A program made the position numbers and the translations under genes. A stretch of DNA of 64,000 bases, from assembly GCA_030674455.1 (NCBI GenBank), contig JAUSGQ010000007.1:83947-147946 (forward strand), written 5' to 3'. Position 1 is the first letter of the stretch, and each line of letters starts with the position of its first letter. The DNA comes from a bacterium. GTDB taxonomy: Bacteria > Patescibacteriota > Minisyncoccia > Phycocordibacterales > UBA2100. Shown in pieces: positions 28,001-37,744 of this stretch. The notes beneath the pieces are model-generated. The model saw only the letters and a list, made by a program, of their open reading frames with translations, was not told the origin of the DNA and did no database searches.

Positions 28001-30711
28001 CAATACATCGTATTGAGCAGACTGGCATTGTTGAAGTTCAAACCTCAGCAAAATTGAACGATATCTTTGGATGCCAGCAGACAACCCCCACCTCTGACCC
28101 CATTATCTCTTCATTCACCCCCGAGTCGGTTGTGGCCGGAGCAACAACAAACATAGTAGTTAAAGGCCGCAACTTCCAGTTGGGAGCGGTTCTTGTCTAC
28201 ACTCTCGGTTCTGATACAGGCGAGTTGCCAACGACTTTTACGCCTGCGCCGATTCCGGGGCAAGAACAAAAATTGACCACCGGACGATATACCATTGACG
28301 CAGTAGGAAGTTATACCTTCCACGTCAAAAATCCCGACGGAAGAAGAAGCGAGGAAAAGATATTTGTTGTTACTCCGCGTGGGCAAGGAACTCAAACAAA
28401 CACTACTGCCGATAGTCCGCTGGCGTCCGCTCCCCAAATCCAATTTACCGTGAATGGTTCTGCGTATAGCGGTTCTAGATACGATGTATCTTTTGGAAGC
28501 ACAGTAAATATCGGGTGGAAGGTCACCAATCCATCCGGCGCAATATGTTCCGCCGCAGGAAACGGCATTGGAGATAATTTAGGTTCCGGCTCTATGCAAG
28601 CCAGCAATTCGTGGACAAACTGGACAACGCCGCCTCTTTACACCAGCACCACATACGGCATCAAATGCACCAACTCTCGAGGAACTACATACAAATACGT
28701 GTATGTGACGGTTGCGCCGCAGACAAACACATCGGGGGGCCCCGGTATCAGCATCACTGTTGACCCTGTTGACGCCAATACTAGCAACACATCTTACAGT
28801 GAAAGTTCTCCGCGAGTCAGCGTTGGGTTTGGAAAGAAGGTCAATATCGGTTGGGGCGTCACCAACGCCGGGGGCAGTACTTCGGGCATTACATGCTACG
28901 CAGCCGGAACAGGGCTAGGCGGAAGAAATGGTTATGAGAGCACTCCTTTAAGCGGCCTATGGACTACGCCGGCACTCTATACCGACACTACCTATGGAAT
29001 ACAATGCAAGAACTCGGCAGGCGCAATCACAAACAGATACATCTCTATTGATGTCGGCGAGCAGGCGAACACCGCCACTGCAATCACCCCGCCCGCCATC
29101 ACCATTAACGGTGATAGTAGTAACAATCAGCAACTTACATATTCCCCAGAAGTTGCATTTGGCGGCACTGCCAATATCAACTGGAGCGTTTCTCCGACGA
29201 GCGGCACCACTTGCTCCGCCGCAGGCAACGGCGTCTGGGGCAACACCGGTTCCGGTTCCGCAGAGTTAAGCGGCTCGTTCGCTACGCCGCCCCTCTACAC
29301 CAAAACCACGTACGGCATCAGATGCACTAACTCCGCCGGTACTACGTACAAGTACATAACCATCGGCATTCAAGAACAACAAAACACCACCACCACCGCC
29401 AGCACTCCCGCGCCAACTATCACCATTACGCCGCCTAGCGCGTCAATCGACTTTGGCGATAGCGCCACCTTCGGCTGGGATGTGACGCCACAAACTGCCG
29501 ATACCAAGTGCTATGCCGCGGGAACTGGTCTGGGCGGGGCAGAGGGATACCAAGAGATAGGCCTAACCGGAAGAAATTGGGTTACGCCGGCGCTCTACAC
29601 TTACACTACGTATGGAATAAAGTGTACAAACCCGGGCGGCACGACATACAAGTACGTGAACGTTTCTGTCGCCCCACAGCAGAGTACGACTTGCACCGAA
29701 GTCCCACAAACTCCGCTACCATGCGCCGACTATGCCGGTTCGTACGGAGTTCCTGCAGGATACACAGTCGGCAACGGCTCGTGGACAAAGAACAGCTGCA
29801 CCGGCAATCCAACCTACACTGGCGGGTGTTCGGCTCCCGCTCCAACCACACAGTCCTGCACCGAAGTTCCACAAACCCCACTGCCATGCGCCGACTACGC
29901 CGGCTCATACGGAGTCCCATCCGGATACACAGTCGGCAACGGTTCATGGACGAAAAATAGCTGCACAGGCAATCCAACTTATACCGGCGGCTGTTCTGCG
30001 CCAGCTCCAACGCAATCTTGCACCGAGGTCGCTCAAACTCCTCTACCGTGCGCCGACTACGCCGGCTCATACGGAGTCCCATCCGGATACACAGTCGGCA
30101 ACGGTTCATGGACGAAAAATAGCTGCACAGGCAATCCCACATACACGGGTGGTTGCTCCGCTCCCTCTGTCCCGACAGTCCGGCTCTCACAAAATTCGAG
30201 CAGTGGTACATCGGTCACTGTCACCTGGAGTTCCGACAATGCCGATTCATGCCGCCTTCAATACAATCTAAACGGAGGAGCCTGGACTGATTGGACATCG
30301 GGCGGTTCAAGCGGTTCAGTGAGCGGAGATTTGACTTCAGGAACGTGGAAAGCCAGAGCCATATGCACCGGCCCGGGCGGTACGACGACGAGTAGCACGA
30401 TAACCCACACTGTGGCAATCAGTTCTTCGCCCTTGAGCCAGACGGCGAGCGCCGCTGGCGCATTTCCAGAAGGAGAGGATGCGTTTATCTACACATGGAA
30501 CAATGACCTTCAGCTTAACTCGCGGTACGCGGCAGACATCAAGGCATTGCAGACTGCACTCGCGAAAGAAGGGGTGTACATCGGAGAAGTAACTGGAGGA
30601 TTCCACATGCAAACGTATTACGGGGTTAAAAGATTCCAAGAGAAGTACGGAATTGACTCCACCGGCTTTGTCGGCCCGCAAACGAGGGCAAGACTCAACG
30701 AGCTGTACTGA
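25021..30711 (+). CDS. Giant secreted multidomain protein: zinc metallopeptidase, Ig/IPT-like domains, repeats and two PG-binding domains
   Basis: Signal peptide; HEMGHELGVMH; EYGNAFDIMG; IPT-like PTITSINPSS; PG-binding DVIALKQAL and GFVGPQTRARLN. Confidence 0.9.
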   Translation: MLRKFTFGGIGLALLITPLFASADTTSDATELSRWEAVVTCLKIKVDNHDYVNALSCLGAGTAANTLFSPSVSSLKAGALAAVATTFTQSSGSNSAEPATDAEKEAEMLTDLLSSKIAPEPVTRSKVGAFASESEKVKQQVQVAKHRGQLMKQLAEDNPEAFLRNVMPESQRSKFSTEVKNEIEQKVALTGKVEVVHLDDFTNHENSKFNYFLQSGGSRISLKVAGNTPAMLSGSSVRANGYKLGQTLVVAANSNSDGDSGGGGGLTVLSRPALESARTQRTLVILVTSPGQASTPTKEEMRNLIFSGNINRYYEEQSYGNVRFEGDVTDWISVPASSYPVYGPIELDQSDISSYISRNHIDLSLYDRVMTVVNGWAGGYAWAGKVDRLINGVTYRLSIGSTGWSVSGWAVENMSGFENVFSHEMGHELGVMHANSRECSGPSLDRDCRHNEYGNAFDIMGYGNNAEHFNAYYKDSLGWLDNSSKVSITQSGRYSLSPIEARTGVRAGIITNPATPSALPLYLEFRQPMGYDSILPPNSAGLQLNQVVTRGPYDWLPFPWLINANYATDPPCNPGFPCFSQPSLMQGSNFSWAGRGISIGSLVTTPTLATFDVGLTQPLCERNGLYDSNNNPYWQQRVAAGSSATLQINLTNGNTIACGPSTVEFSTSVTNSSGWSISQYPNESNERVVIAPGETERVYVSLSLPEDAAPGNRTVRITVSDLTNGRSYNIERTITVTARPTITEIFPSSGRAATAVTLKGTGFNEYPGNTININGGNLSATIRNVIARAGTLTFTFPTTFESYGGGSEPRPSQVPPPLGQYSIAVSRNDDGGTASATFTVTSGNSAFPTITSINPSSTTGRPTNFTIIGTNFQSGSMIYYTYAGTGSIPSGTFTPTFNPSRPDRLTFTTASLPKGIYTFYVKNPDGQISDTENVTVFCYDFRSIPLQEGSQGADVIALKQALRLALNNSYGESGREPQDYYGTETVANVKTFQSIHRIEQTGIVEVQTSAKLNDIFGCQQTTPTSDPIISSFTPESVVAGATTNIVVKGRNFQLGAVLVYTLGSDTGELPTTFTPAPIPGQEQKLTTGRYTIDAVGSYTFHVKNPDGRRSEEKIFVVTPRGQGTQTNTTADSPLASAPQIQFTVNGSAYSGSRYDVSFGSTVNIGWKVTNPSGAICSAAGNGIGDNLGSGSMQASNSWTNWTTPPLYTSTTYGIKCTNSRGTTYKYVYVTVAPQTNTSGGPGISITVDPVDANTSNTSYSESSPRVSVGFGKKVNIGWGVTNAGGSTSGITCYAAGTGLGGRNGYESTPLSGLWTTPALYTDTTYGIQCKNSAGAITNRYISIDVGEQANTATAITPPAITINGDSSNNQQLTYSPEVAFGGTANINWSVSPTSGTTCSAAGNGVWGNTGSGSAELSGSFATPPLYTKTTYGIRCTNSAGTTYKYITIGIQEQQNTTTTASTPAPTITITPPSASIDFGDSATFGWDVTPQTADTKCYAAGTGLGGAEGYQEIGLTGRNWVTPALYTYTTYGIKCTNPGGTTYKYVNVSVAPQQSTTCTEVPQTPLPCADYAGSYGVPAGYTVGNGSWTKNSCTGNPTYTGGCSAPAPTTQSCTEVPQTPLPCADYAGSYGVPSGYTVGNGSWTKNSCTGNPTYTGGCSAPAPTQSCTEVAQTPLPCADYAGSYGVPSGYTVGNGSWTKNSCTGNPTYTGGCSAPSVPTVRLSQNSSSGTSVTVTWSSDNADSCRLQYNLNGGAWTDWTSGGSSGSVSGDLTSGTWKARAICTGPGGTTTSSTITHTVAISSSPLSQTASAAGAFPEGEDAFIYTWNNDLQLNSRYAADIKALQTALAKEGVYIGEVTGGFHMQTYYGVKRFQEKYGIDSTGFVGPQTRARLNELY
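29692..30165 (+). repeat. Three intragenic Cys-rich tandem repeats (165/162-bp period)
   Basis: CTEVPQTPLPCADYAGSYGVP.GYTVGNGSWTKNSCTGNPTYTGGCSAP starting at 29692, 29857 and 30019. Confidence 0.95.
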
Positions 30712-30835
30712 CCTCTATTCAAGGTTCCACCTTGAATAGAGGTTTCAAGTTTTGACAATCGAAGCCCCCGAGGAAACACCTTCCATGGTCAAGGAGTTAC
30801 CTCGAAGACAAATTAGACATCCGATGTCTAATTTG
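30711..30835. repeat. Cluster of palindromes
   Basis: ACCTCTATTCAAGGT-TCC-ACCTTGAATAGAGGT (30711-30743) and CAAATTAGACATC-C-GATGTCTAATTTG (30809-30835). Confidence 0.9.
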
Positions 30836-30876
30836 CTTGGTTTGGCGGGAAAGAATGGAGGACGTACAATAGGGCA

Positions 30877-31938
30877 ATGATATCCGACCTCGCGCGGGTG
30901 CTTATTCCGGCTGGAGCGTCGTTTGCAATTGGGATTCTATTAACGCCGCTGTTGACCCACTATTTATACAAATACAAAGCCTGGAAAAAACAACCGGGGA
31001 AAACCGCCATCGATGGCACGCAGGCATCGGAGTTCTACAGGCTTCACGAGAAGAACGAAGTGCGCGCTCCGCGCATGGGCGGCATCGTCGTGTGGGGAAG
31101 CGTAGTGCTTACAATACTGGGAATTGCAATTGTTTCTAAATTCGTAGCGGGCGCGGAAATTCTCAACCTGGACTTTTTGAGCCGAAGTCAGACATGGATA
31201 CCGCTCGCGGCGCTCATCATCGGTTCGCTTGCCGGCCTCATAGACGACTTAATGGTCATTAGACCAAGCAAGGATGGTATGCCGCTTCGCCTGCGGCTCC
31301 TCATCGTCATCTTTCTTTCTTCGTATGCCGGCTGGTGGTTTTGGCACAAGCTCGACGTAACAACGGTCAACATCCCGTTCGGAACACCGCTTGAGCTCGG
31401 GTGGTTAATCGTCCCTCTCTTCGTCACCATCGCTCTTGCAGTATACGCATCGGGCGTTATAGACGGCATAGATGGCCTATCCGGCGGAGTATTTGCTTCG
31501 ATTTTTGCGTCGTACTCGATCATTGCATTCGCACAGAATCAAATCGACCTCGCTGCCTTTTGCGCCGCCATAGTCGGAGGCCTTCTTGCGTTCTTGTGGT
31601 TCAACATACCGCCTGCGAGATTTTATATGTCGGATACCGGTACGATGGGGCTCACGCTCGCGCTCGCAGTTATCGCGTTCATGACGGACAGCCTGGGCGA
31701 AGGAGTAGGCATTGCGGTATTGCCAATTATCGGAGGATTGCTCGTCGTTACAGTGGCATCGAATATCGTGCAAGTGGCATACAAAAGAATCTTGGGGAGA
31801 AAATTACTGCGCATCGCCCCGCTCCACCATCACTTTGAGGCGATAGGGTGGCCGGGATATAAGGTCGTCATGCGCTACTGGGTGCTTTCAATCGTGTTAG
31901 CTTTCGCGGGTGTTATCGTCGCGCTGGTTTCTATCTAG
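30877..31938 (+). CDS. mraY: Phospho-N-acetylmuramoyl-pentapeptide transferase
   Basis: PRMGG, GLIDD, DGIDGL, PPARFYMSDTG and APLHHHFE. Confidence 0.96.
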   Translation: MISDLARVLIPAGASFAIGILLTPLLTHYLYKYKAWKKQPGKTAIDGTQASEFYRLHEKNEVRAPRMGGIVVWGSVVLTILGIAIVSKFVAGAEILNLDFLSRSQTWIPLAALIIGSLAGLIDDLMVIRPSKDGMPLRLRLLIVIFLSSYAGWWFWHKLDVTTVNIPFGTPLELGWLIVPLFVTIALAVYASGVIDGIDGLSGGVFASIFASYSIIAFAQNQIDLAAFCAAIVGGLLAFLWFNIPPARFYMSDTGTMGLTLALAVIAFMTDSLGEGVGIAVLPIIGGLLVVTVASNIVQVAYKRILGRKLLRIAPLHHHFEAIGWPGYKVVMRYWVLSIVLAFAGVIVALVSI

Positions 31939-32059
31939 AAAATGTTATGCGCAAAGCGAATTACAATTTCTTTATTCAGCACCTTCGTTTTTCAATGAAA
32001 CAAAGGTGCTGGGTCTAATATTTACTAACCTCGCTTCGCTCGCTAATTAAATCTAGGAC

Positions 32060-33169
32060 ATGACAAAAAAGGGTGCACATGTCGATAAGCCGTTAGCCAT
32101 TTTGATTTTTGTTCTCTTGGTCGGCGGAAGCATGATATTCGCCTCTGCGGCTCTCGGATATCTTGCTCGCGGGGGCGGGAATGTCTCTTCCGTCGTCTTT
32201 AACCATCTCGTATTGGGTGCGGGCATCGGCGTCATCGCGCTCCTCATAACGAGCAGCATTGATTATCGCGTGTGGAGACGCTATGCGCCGTTCTTTTTTA
32301 TTCTCGCCGTCATCGCGACCGCGCTGGTTTTTGTACCGCAGCTAGGAATAGTTCACGGTGGAGGAAGACGCTGGCTCGAGATCGCGGGAATGTCAATCCA
32401 GCCTTCGGAAGCAATGAAGTTGGGGACCGTATTCATGGCTGCAGCATATTTCTCCGCCATTCGAGCTCACATTCAATCCTATTGGCATACAATCGGCGGC
32501 CTGCTTGGAATCCTTGCTCTTCCCGCGGCACTTTTGATTCTTCAGCCGGACATAGGAACGCTCGGCATTATCGTTGCAAGCGCGCTCGCCGTGTACCTGG
32601 CTGCGGGAGTTCCATGGAAACATATCGCCATTATGGCGTGTATCGTACTTATTGCTTTCGGGGCGTTAATCGCGGTCAAGCCCCACGCGCGGGAGAGGAT
32701 TGTAACGTTCTTTTATCCCTCTCAAAACCAGCAGGCAGAAGGGTATCAGATCAGGCAGTCGCTCATTGCGATCGGCTCCGGTGGGCTCGCGGGGCGCGGA
32801 TTCGGGCAAGGGGTCCAAAAGTTCACCTATTTGCCGGAGCCGATGGGAGATTCCATATTCGCAGTTGCCGCTGAAGAACTTGGCTTTATCGGCAGTGTTT
32901 TCATCATAGCGCTATTTCTCGTGGTGGCTCTAAGGGGATTTGCGCTTGCTTCGCGAGCTCCTGATGTGTTCGGTGGCCTGCTCGGCATCGGCATCTCCAC
33001 ATATCTCGTGAGCGAGGCGTTCATCAACATCTCCTCTATGCTCGGAGTCCTTCCACTCACGGGTATTCCGCTCACATTCATAAGCCAGGGCGGAACTGCT
33101 ATGCTCGTTTCGCTCGCGAGTGCAGGAATACTTCTGAATATATCTAAATATTCCACATCAAACCGCTAG
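32060..33169 (+). CDS. ftsW: SEDS peptidoglycan polymerase FtsW
   Basis: GGRRWL, QPSE, QPDIG, GYQIRQS, EELG and PLTGIPLTFISQGG; lies between mraY and murG. Confidence 0.93.
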   Translation: MTKKGAHVDKPLAILIFVLLVGGSMIFASAALGYLARGGGNVSSVVFNHLVLGAGIGVIALLITSSIDYRVWRRYAPFFFILAVIATALVFVPQLGIVHGGGRRWLEIAGMSIQPSEAMKLGTVFMAAAYFSAIRAHIQSYWHTIGGLLGILALPAALLILQPDIGTLGIIVASALAVYLAAGVPWKHIAIMACIVLIAFGALIAVKPHARERIVTFFYPSQNQQAEGYQIRQSLIAIGSGGLAGRGFGQGVQKFTYLPEPMGDSIFAVAAEELGFIGSVFIIALFLVVALRGFALASRAPDVFGGLLGIGISTYLVSEAFINISSMLGVLPLTGIPLTFISQGGTAMLVSLASAGILLNISKYSTSNR

Positions 33170-33191
33170 CTGTTTGTGTTAAACTGTTAGG

Positions 33192-34334
33192 ATGCGCATT
33201 GTACTCACAGGCGGCGGTACCGGAGGGCATTTTTATCCGCTTATTGCCGTTGCCGAAGCCATAGAGGACATCTCGAAAGAGCGCGTTTTAATCGAGCCGG
33301 AGCTCTACTATTTCGGGCCTAACGCTTTTGATGCTGAGGCACTGCACGAGCACGACATTACTCATGTTGCCATTCCTGCGGGACGAATGAGAAGGTACGG
33401 AAGCATTCTCAATTTCTTCGATATTTTTAAGACACTGTGGGGAATCATAATCGCTACGATACGGCTTTTTGGCATTTATCCCGACATAGTATTCTCGACA
33501 GGAGGTTTTGCTTCGTGCCCCGCGCTCGTTGCGGCGCGCGTGCTTGCTATACCAGTCGTCATTTACGATGCCGATGCGGTACCCGGCAGGGTCTCTCTCT
33601 GGTCCTCAAAATTCGCGCGATGGATAGCGGTGGCTCATCCCGACGCGGTTTCCGGCTTCCACGAAAGCGTGCGGGATAGAATCGCGCGTACGGGCCACCC
33701 GATACGAAAAGAGATAGAAAAGCCTACTGGCGAGGGCGGTCATGAATTCCTCAAACTGGACACGGCAGTTCCCACGATATTTATTATGGGAGGCTCGCAG
33801 GGTTCAGTCGCAATTAATAATGTCGTATCGAGCGCGCTTCCTGAATTAGTTAAGAAATATAACATTGTTCATCAAGCCGGTCTTGCGAATTTAGATGAAG
33901 TATCAAAGGTATCAAAATTAATCCTGCGAGATTCTTTCTTCGACAAACGCTACAAGGTTTTTGGATTACTGAACACGCTTGCTTTGCGGATGACAGCCGG
34001 AATATCATCGCTCGTAGTGTCTCGTGCCGGAAGCGGTTCAATTTTCGAAATAGCATCGTGGGGAATACCGGCAATTCTTATTCCAATACCAGAGGACGTA
34101 TCGCACGACCAGAAAGAGAATGCTTATTCATACGCGCGCAGCGGAGCTGCCATCGTACTTGAACAGCGCAACGTGACTCCGCACCTCTTTATCGCAGAAA
34201 TTGACCGCGTAATCAGTGATCCGGAAATGCAAAAAAAGATGTCCGCGGCTGCGCTTGAATTTGCACGGCCGGAAAGCGCTCGGAAAATTGCGGCAATAAT
34301 CATCGACACTGCGCTCGAGCACGAGTCCGCATAA
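33192..34334 (+). CDS. murG: MurG glycosyltransferase
   Basis: GGGTGGHFYP, GGSQG, SRAGS and HDQKENA. Confidence 0.97.
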   Translation: MRIVLTGGGTGGHFYPLIAVAEAIEDISKERVLIEPELYYFGPNAFDAEALHEHDITHVAIPAGRMRRYGSILNFFDIFKTLWGIIIATIRLFGIYPDIVFSTGGFASCPALVAARVLAIPVVIYDADAVPGRVSLWSSKFARWIAVAHPDAVSGFHESVRDRIARTGHPIRKEIEKPTGEGGHEFLKLDTAVPTIFIMGGSQGSVAINNVVSSALPELVKKYNIVHQAGLANLDEVSKVSKLILRDSFFDKRYKVFGLLNTLALRMTAGISSLVVSRAGSGSIFEIASWGIPAILIPIPEDVSHDQKENAYSYARSGAAIVLEQRNVTPHLFIAEIDRVISDPEMQKKMSAAALEFARPESARKIAAIIIDTALEHESA

Positions 34335-34347
34335 CTCGAATTTAGGT

Positions 34348-35706
34348 ATGGGTACTTCTAACAAGGTGAGAGTGCGATTTCCTCCGAGTCCGACAGGTTT
34401 CTGCCACGTCGGCACTGCGCGAATGGCAATAATTAATTTCTTATTTGCCAAAAAAAACAACGGAGCGGTAATATTTCGAAGCGAGGATACCGATAAAGAG
34501 CGAAGCACCGCGGAATTCGAAACGGACATCATCGATTCCTTACATTGGCTCGGACTCGAATGGGATGAGTTTTATCGCCAGTCGGAACGCACAGATATAT
34601 ATCGCCAATCGCTCGCATCGCTCATAGCTTCCGACAAGGCGTATGTTTCTGAAGAAGAGAGCAAAAAAGAACCGGGAACAAAGGCGCGCGTTGTTCGTCT
34701 CCGAAATCCGGGGACAAAGGTTACATTTTCCGACCTTATTCGCGGAGACATTACTTTTGACACGGCCGAGCTCGGTGATTTTGTTGTTGCCCGTTCCGAG
34801 ACAGACCCTTTGTACCATTTCGCCGTCGTGGTTGATGACGCCCAACTGAACATCACACATGTCATTCGGGGTGATGACCATATTTCAAACACACCCCGCC
34901 AAATTCTCATTCAAGAAGCGCTGGGTTTCGAGAGGCCGCTGTATGCCCACTATCCGCTCTTACTTGGTACGGACAAGTCGAAATTGTCAAAAAGAACTGG
35001 TGATACGGCAATAAGAGATTATAGAGAAAACGGCTATTTGGCGGATGCATTCCTCAATTACATAGCAATACTTGGCTGGACTCCGAAATCCCAAAGAGAG
35101 CTAATTTCACTTGAAGAAATGATAGACGAATTCGATATTGGTGACTTGCACAAAAGCGGGGCTGTTTTTGATATTGAAAAATTGCGTTGGTTCAACCGCC
35201 AGTATTTGCTCAAAATACCGCACCAAGAATTTGCGGTATCCGCTCTCGGAATAATGGAGGAGGCTTTTTCAAAGCGCGGGCTCAAATGGAATTCCGATAT
35301 TGCCGCCAAACTCGTAGACATGCTGTGGGAACGAATATCCGTATGGAGCGATCTGCGGCAGCTCATAGACGAAGGAGAACTGGACTACTTCTTTTCAGAC
35401 CCTACGTATGACAAAGGCCTCATACCGGGGAAAAAAGGAAACGCGGAATCCGCGGCTGTGCATCTTGGCGCATTGCAGAAACTGATTGCCGACGTTCCAG
35501 AAAGTGAATTCTCAAAAACAGATACGATTAAACAGACCGTGTGGGCCTACGCAGAAAAAGAGGGAACCGGCGCAGTCCTGTGGCCGTTCCGCTATTCTCT
35601 TACAGGAAAGGAGCGTTCGCCCGACCCGTTTTTTGTAGCATCCGTAATCGGAAAGCAATCGGTCGCCAGGCGCGTCTCCACTGCCATTTCCGCGCTTACT
35701 GTATGA
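34348..35706 (+). CDS. gltX: Glutamyl-tRNA synthetase
   Basis: RFPPSPTG, HVGT, THVIRGDDH and KLSKR. Confidence 0.96.
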   Translation: MGTSNKVRVRFPPSPTGFCHVGTARMAIINFLFAKKNNGAVIFRSEDTDKERSTAEFETDIIDSLHWLGLEWDEFYRQSERTDIYRQSLASLIASDKAYVSEEESKKEPGTKARVVRLRNPGTKVTFSDLIRGDITFDTAELGDFVVARSETDPLYHFAVVVDDAQLNITHVIRGDDHISNTPRQILIQEALGFERPLYAHYPLLLGTDKSKLSKRTGDTAIRDYRENGYLADAFLNYIAILGWTPKSQRELISLEEMIDEFDIGDLHKSGAVFDIEKLRWFNRQYLLKIPHQEFAVSALGIMEEAFSKRGLKWNSDIAAKLVDMLWERISVWSDLRQLIDEGELDYFFSDPTYDKGLIPGKKGNAESAAVHLGALQKLIADVPESEFSKTDTIKQTVWAYAEKEGTGAVLWPFRYSLTGKERSPDPFFVASVIGKQSVARRVSTAISALTV

Positions 35707-36980
35707 ACAGTGCTCGCAGGAGGTTATCGGCGCTTATAGCCGCAGTGCTTATTATTCCCGGCCTTCTCTTCGCGCAAACTGCCGACGAATTGCAGCGGCA
35801 GATCGATGAACAGAACGCGCAAATCGCAACGCTGAACAAAGAAATAGCGCAATATCAGACGCAACTTAATGCGACATCGAAAAAAAAACAGACTCTTCAA
35901 AATGAGTTGGACCAGTTGAACATTTCACGCAAGAAGATTACCGCCTCCATCAACGTGACGAAGAAACAGATAAACTCTACGCAGTTACAGATTCAGCAGC
36001 TGGCAAAAGGAATCGTAAGCAAGGAGGCCTCCATCAGCGGGTTTCAGGACTCCATCGCGGAAACATTGCGTAACTTGAGTCAATCTGAAAGCGTGCCGCT
36101 CGCACAATCCCTCTTGTCATCGGATTCTATCAGTGATGCGTGGGATGATTCAGAACAGATCGCGCAACTGCAGGCAGCGGTGCGCGGCGATATTAACCGC
36201 CTTGCGGGAGAGAAGAAAATCCTTTCGCAAACGAAAACAACAGCGGAGCAGAAGCGCGCGCAACTGCAGAAGCAGCAGCAAACTCTAGTGGTACAGCAAG
36301 GCTCGCTTGATGCGACAGTTAAAGCGCAAAAAGAGCTACTCGCCCAAACAAAGTCCCAGGAGTCCACGTATCAAAAGATAATCGCGCAAAAGAGAGCCCA
36401 GGAAGCGGCGTTCGAGCAAGCTCTCGGCGACCTCAAGGCAAAATTGCAGTACACCGTCAATCCTAATGAAATACTAAGGGCAGGGAAGGGAATCCTTGCG
36501 TGGCCCCTTGATTCGGTGAGAATTACCCAGCAATTTGGCGACACCGATTTTGCGAGGGCAGGCGGGTACAATGGAAAAGGCCATAATGGTATGGACTTGG
36601 CAGCACAGACAGGAACACCCGTAAAAGCAGCTCTCTCCGGGCGCGTAGTGGATACTGGCAACACGGACTTGGTCAGAGGCTGCTATTCCTTCGGAAAATG
36701 GGTTCTCATCCGGCATGACAACGGACTCGATACTATGTATGCGCACTTCTCGCAGATCAGCGTTTCCCCTGGTCAGCAAGTCGCCACTGGCCAACTCATA
36801 GGCTACAGCGGACAATCCGGCTACGCCACCGGCCCGCATTTACACTTTGGCGTCTACGTATCATCGGCTACGCAAATAATGAAGCTAGGCGACGCAACAA
36901 ATAAAAAGTCGCCATGCTCGACCGCTACCATGCCAATCGCCCCGCTGTCCGGTTATCTTAATCCCGCAAATTATCTTTGA
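35703..36980 (+). CDS. EnvC-like coiled-coil M23 peptidase
   Basis: Signal peptide, long coiled coil, HNGMD, YAH and TGPHLHF motifs. Confidence 0.93.
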   Translation: MNSARRRLSALIAAVLIIPGLLFAQTADELQRQIDEQNAQIATLNKEIAQYQTQLNATSKKKQTLQNELDQLNISRKKITASINVTKKQINSTQLQIQQLAKGIVSKEASISGFQDSIAETLRNLSQSESVPLAQSLLSSDSISDAWDDSEQIAQLQAAVRGDINRLAGEKKILSQTKTTAEQKRAQLQKQQQTLVVQQGSLDATVKAQKELLAQTKSQESTYQKIIAQKRAQEAAFEQALGDLKAKLQYTVNPNEILRAGKGILAWPLDSVRITQQFGDTDFARAGGYNGKGHNGMDLAAQTGTPVKAALSGRVVDTGNTDLVRGCYSFGKWVLIRHDNGLDTMYAHFSQISVSPGQQVATGQLIGYSGQSGYATGPHLHFGVYVSSATQIMKLGDATNKKSPCSTATMPIAPLSGYLNPANYL

Positions 36981-37023
36981 TGATTGCTCCTCTCATAACC
37001 CGTACTTACTTAACGCGGTCGCA

Positions 37024-37680
37024 TTAGTTATGTACAGGATTAGGTATTTGGTTTTTCCATTCCACGTTGTTGATTGCCTTCACTTCGATAGCGGAAGCTT
37101 TTCGTATTTTTCTTAAAGAGCTCTTTGGCGCTACATTAAAATGACGGCTGTCGTCGAGCGCGTCCACAAGCCAGAACAACTCTTCCTCCTCCGTAACCCA
37201 TTTAGCGGGTGAATATCGGCTTAAGTCAAACGCATCTGAATACCGACGCAGAGACTTGGTTCCGTCATCCATGATGTACTCATGGAAATACGACATCGCG
37301 AGTTCCCGAACGCTTCTATAAACCGGGTCGCGATACCTCAATATTGGGTGATTGGTTTTGCTTATTGCGCCCCACAAACTATCCTCCTTGAACAAGGCGA
37401 CAACATGGTCTTCGTCGCGGTCAATCGTACCAAGGTCAAGCAAAAGCGGTTTTTGGCCGTGATAGGCAAGCGCCGTACACGCGAAAAGCGACCCTTCGAA
37501 GCAATGCGCGGTCTGTTCGCGAATAACGCGCCGCGGCGACATATACGTTTCTTTTCCAATTTCGAAATTTATCGGAAGCGTATCTAAATAGTCTTGGATT
37601 TTCCCGGGAGAAGTTAGTTTGGCAAAAATCGAGCGCTCGAAAGGGGAGAGTATGGCTCTTAATTTGTCCCCATATTTCAT
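37024..37680 (-). CDS. Hypothetical protein, possibly transglutaminase/papain-like
   Basis: AHCFEG, DHVVALF and WGAISK with candidate catalytic Cys and His. Confidence 0.7.
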   Translation of the reverse strand: MKYGDKLRAILSPFERSIFAKLTSPGKIQDYLDTLPINFEIGKETYMSPRRVIREQTAHCFEGSLFACTALAYHGQKPLLLDLGTIDRDEDHVVALFKEDSLWGAISKTNHPILRYRDPVYRSVRELAMSYFHEYIMDDGTKSLRRYSDAFDLSRYSPAKWVTEEEELFWLVDALDDSRHFNVAPKSSLRKIRKASAIEVKAINNVEWKNQIPNPVHN

Positions 37681-37708
37681 GGCTCTATCATACCTGTGGA
37701 TAGGTTGA

Positions 37709-37738
37709 TTGACAGGTGAACCTTGGTTCACTTATACT
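37709..37738 (+). promoter_or_regulatory. Promoter with a GAAC-N4-GTTC SOS-box-like operator
   Basis: TTGACA-N18-TATACT; the spacer holds GTGAAC-CTTG-GTTCAC (37716-37731). Confidence 0.8.
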
Positions 37739-37744
37739 TACAGC

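Noticed and set aside
29692-30165. CRISPR array or DGR template/variable repeat pair
   Set aside because: The repeats are contiguous, in frame and differ mainly at synonymous sites, not specifically at adenines; there is no reverse transcriptase
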